Shown here: positions 61,767 to 64,000 of the stretch, piece after piece
Position numbering within the stretch: the stretch's first letter is position 1
How the letters are laid out: every line of letters starts with the position of its first letter
Source of the DNA: Azolla caroliniana
Lineage: Eukaryota; Plantae; Polypodiophyta
Assembly: GCA_043228905.1 (NCBI GenBank)
Contig: JBHGNT010000007.1
Coordinates: 4,836,001-4,900,000, forward strand
Direction: 5' to 3'
Length of the DNA stretch: 64,000 bases
The notes under the pieces: model-generated
The model's input: only the letters and a program-made list of their open reading frames with translations
The model's database searches: none
What the model was told of the DNA's origin: nothing
Position numbers and translations under genes: made by a program

Positions 61767-64000
61767 ATGTCTTCAAAGAGAATCGAGCGCGAGGACTCCA
61801 GGTAGGCCTCTGACATTGTGGACATTTTTGTAAATATGTTTCGTTTCTCAAGAACTCGATACGACGTATCGAGTTCATGTATACAATACAAATATTTATA
61901 CACGAACTCGATACGGCGTATCGAGTTCGTGTTTAAAACCTACACTTTAAACCGGAACTCGATACGCCGTATCGAGTTCATGTTTAAAGTGTAGGTTTTA
62001 AACACGAACTCGATACGCCGTATCGAGTTCGTGTATAAATATTTGTATTGTATACATGAACTCGATACGCCGTATCGAGTTCGTGTTTAAAGTGTAGGTT
62101 TTAAACACGAACTCGATACGCCGTATCGAGTTCGTGTTTAAAGTTTGAATTTTAAACAGAAACTCGATACGCCGTATCGAGTTTCTGTTTAAAACCTACA
62201 CTATAAATAGGAACTCGATACGGCGTATCGAGTTCCTTTTTAAAATTCAAACTTTAAACACGAACTCAATACGCCGTATCGAGTTCGTGTTTAAAGTGTA
62301 GGTTTTAAACACGAACTCGATACGGCGTATCGAGTTCCTGTATATAAGAAGGCTTTGAGAGAGAAAAATCGTTTAGGGGGTGGAAATGATATCAAATTGT
62401 CTGGCAAAATCAGTCTTTTTTATGTTGACTTTACTTACTTTTAAAGAAATACATGCTCTAATTATAGGTGTTTTATGACCTACTTTAGCTTTAAATAGTA
62501 GAAAATGATCTACAAATTGCCTTTACTATGGCAAATTCTCCTCAATATAGGTTTAGAATCTATATAAGTCATACCTACTATTTAAAAGAATATATAACCC
62601 GTTTTACTTATTACGATATATATTTTCTAGGTTGAATAGCCCTGCCTATAATAGATTTTTGAATATGTTACTGCTCCTGGAAACTGTTCTTCATTATAAT
62701 ATAAAACTTCAATCTACGTGACTGTCTAACTTATGTTTTTGCATATACTTTCTTAAATAGGTCGTTTGAGAACCTGTCGGACCGACCCGTGAAGAAAATT
62801 AAGCTTCGCATACAAGGTTCTCCAATCGAAGCCCAGACCAAGGTAGCTCCTGAGACCATGAAGAGAGGAAAAAAGCTTCTCTTTAACGAAGAGACAAAAT
62901 CTCAGCCACATAGTGATGTTAGCCAAAAGAAACTTGTCGCCGCTACTGGAGGCGAAGACCTTCCTGACCGAGATCTAACGGACAAGGAATGGTGTATGCA
63001 ATATGTCGACTCAAAGAAAAAAGTGGTATTGTATACAACAAAGAAGAAGGGTGAGGGGCAGCTTGGAAAAGAAACCCCATTTATGTATGGCCGTATTCTA
63101 CGATTTGACTACGAAGATGCAGATTCAGCCAACATACTGGTAATGATAGAGTGCTCCAAGGGGGTACGTAAAGTGTTCCTTTCAGAAGACCTTTTAGTAA
63201 AGGAATCTTGTGGGCCTGAAGTGTTCAAAAAAGCACTTGATAACTCACAAAACCTGATTGTTACCTCTAGGCCTTATATACAAGGCCATGTAACTCTAAG
63301 AGATGAAGAGCCCTCCCCCTTGAAGGCCACAAAAAAGGTATCCAAAGTCCAGTCAAGACCAGCCAAGAAGAAGACAACGAAAATGTCGGATACGGATTCA
63401 ACAAGTGAAAATGAAGAAGAGGATAATAAGGGGACGTCAGGAGCCGAGCTGGCCTCGGGTGTTTTGTCATCCGAGCAGAATAAAATAAGGAGAGAGTTAA
63501 TGCAACGGAAGCTGGTCAGGAAAGGGCAAGTATTTAATTTGCCTATAACACACATCCATCGGCCCCCTATTGATGAAAAAACAGGTCGAAGACCACTTGA
63601 GATTAGAGAGCCTCACCGCATGCATGTTCAAAATCTCAAGAAAAAAATGAAAATTAATCCTCATGCCACTGTGGTGCCTTTTATTGTTATGGTAGATCCT
63701 GAAGAATGTGAAACCATTGAAGATTTTGATATTAGAAAGCATGATCAATATAATTATTTTGTCATTGGTGGATCGCATTCAACAGAGGCACGTCGGCAAC
63801 TTGTGAGAGAACATCCAACCACTTTCTTCTTCAAGTATGCCGAGTGCAAAATTTATGTTGGGCTCACAACCGAAGAGGCTAAGCTATTGGCATGGGACCA
63901 TAATAATGATAATGAATATAGGCAGAAAATGTCGTCTATTGAGCGTATACGGTTCTTCCACCACGAGTATTTAGATGTGAAACAAAAGTTTGGTGTGAAG
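61767..64000 (+). CDS. Spliced gene encoding a ParB/Sulfiredoxin-like domain protein (3'-partial)
   Basis: Exon 1 is 61767-61801 (MSSKRIEREDS-AG|GT). The intron 61802-62760 has a branch point ctaac and ends ttcttaaatag. Exon 2 runs from 62761 open for 413 codons to the window end. The domain from ~63539 reads LPITHI..PLEIREPHRMHVQNLKKKM..VPFIVMV..YFVIGGSHSTEARRQL..IYVGLTTEEAKLLAWDHN..KMSSIERIRFF. Confidence 0.75.
61852..62337. repeat. Array of 10 palindromes GAACTCGATACG-N-CGTATCGAGTTC with 26-27-bp spacers, inside the intron
   Basis: Copies start at 61852, 61904, 61955, 62006, 62058, 62109, 62160, 62211, 62262 and 62313. Confidence 0.95.

Larger units (their letters stand above)
57859..64000. 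mobile_element. Large two-gene DNA element (DDD transposase plus divergent ParB-like gene), extending past the window
   Basis: There is an abrupt switch from the G3 coding frame to AT-rich sequence at ~57859 (gggtaattttagggg). The other end is outside the window, so TIR and TSD cannot be confirmed and the boundary is approximate. Confidence 0.6.

Noticed and set aside
61852-62337. CRISPR array
   Set aside because: The repeat-spacer look is superficial. Spacers are three recurring types in both orientations rather than unique sequences, no cas genes are present, and the array lies in a spliceosomal intron.
63761-63800. Sulfiredoxin call for the last gene
   Set aside because: The catalytic Cys of FGGCHR is absent (IGGSHS), and the protein is much longer with ParB-like helices after the core.

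Overview
Eukaryotic land-plant genomic DNA, probably a fern or other seed-free plant (inferred from a plant-specific RPP3 gene, a plastid ferredoxin and the TE types). A gene island at about 12-38 kb holds PEX3 (7 exons), an atypical intronless 2Fe-2S ferredoxin, 60S acidic protein P3, a copia solo LTR and a decayed Penelope-like element with a hammerhead ribozyme. Two nested TE stacks flank it. The left stack (1-11.8 kb) is an old copia holding a Ty3/gypsy element (itself holding a solo LTR) and a non-coding LTR element. The right stack (38.7-64 kb) is a Tat-like gypsy holding a satellite-bearing solo LTR, an intact young gypsy, an intact young copia and the start of a DNA element. That last element (about 57.86 kb to beyond the window end) is the most unusual feature. 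It has a Sola/DUF7869-like DDD transposase transcribed divergently from a spliced gene, absent from the ORF track, that encodes a ParB/Sulfiredoxin-fold protein. The first intron of that gene carries 10 phased 25-bp palindromes (period 51-52 bp) whose spacers occur in both orientations. This is a candidate ParB/parS-like module carried by a plant transposon. All calls come from reading the sequence by eye; no database searches were run.
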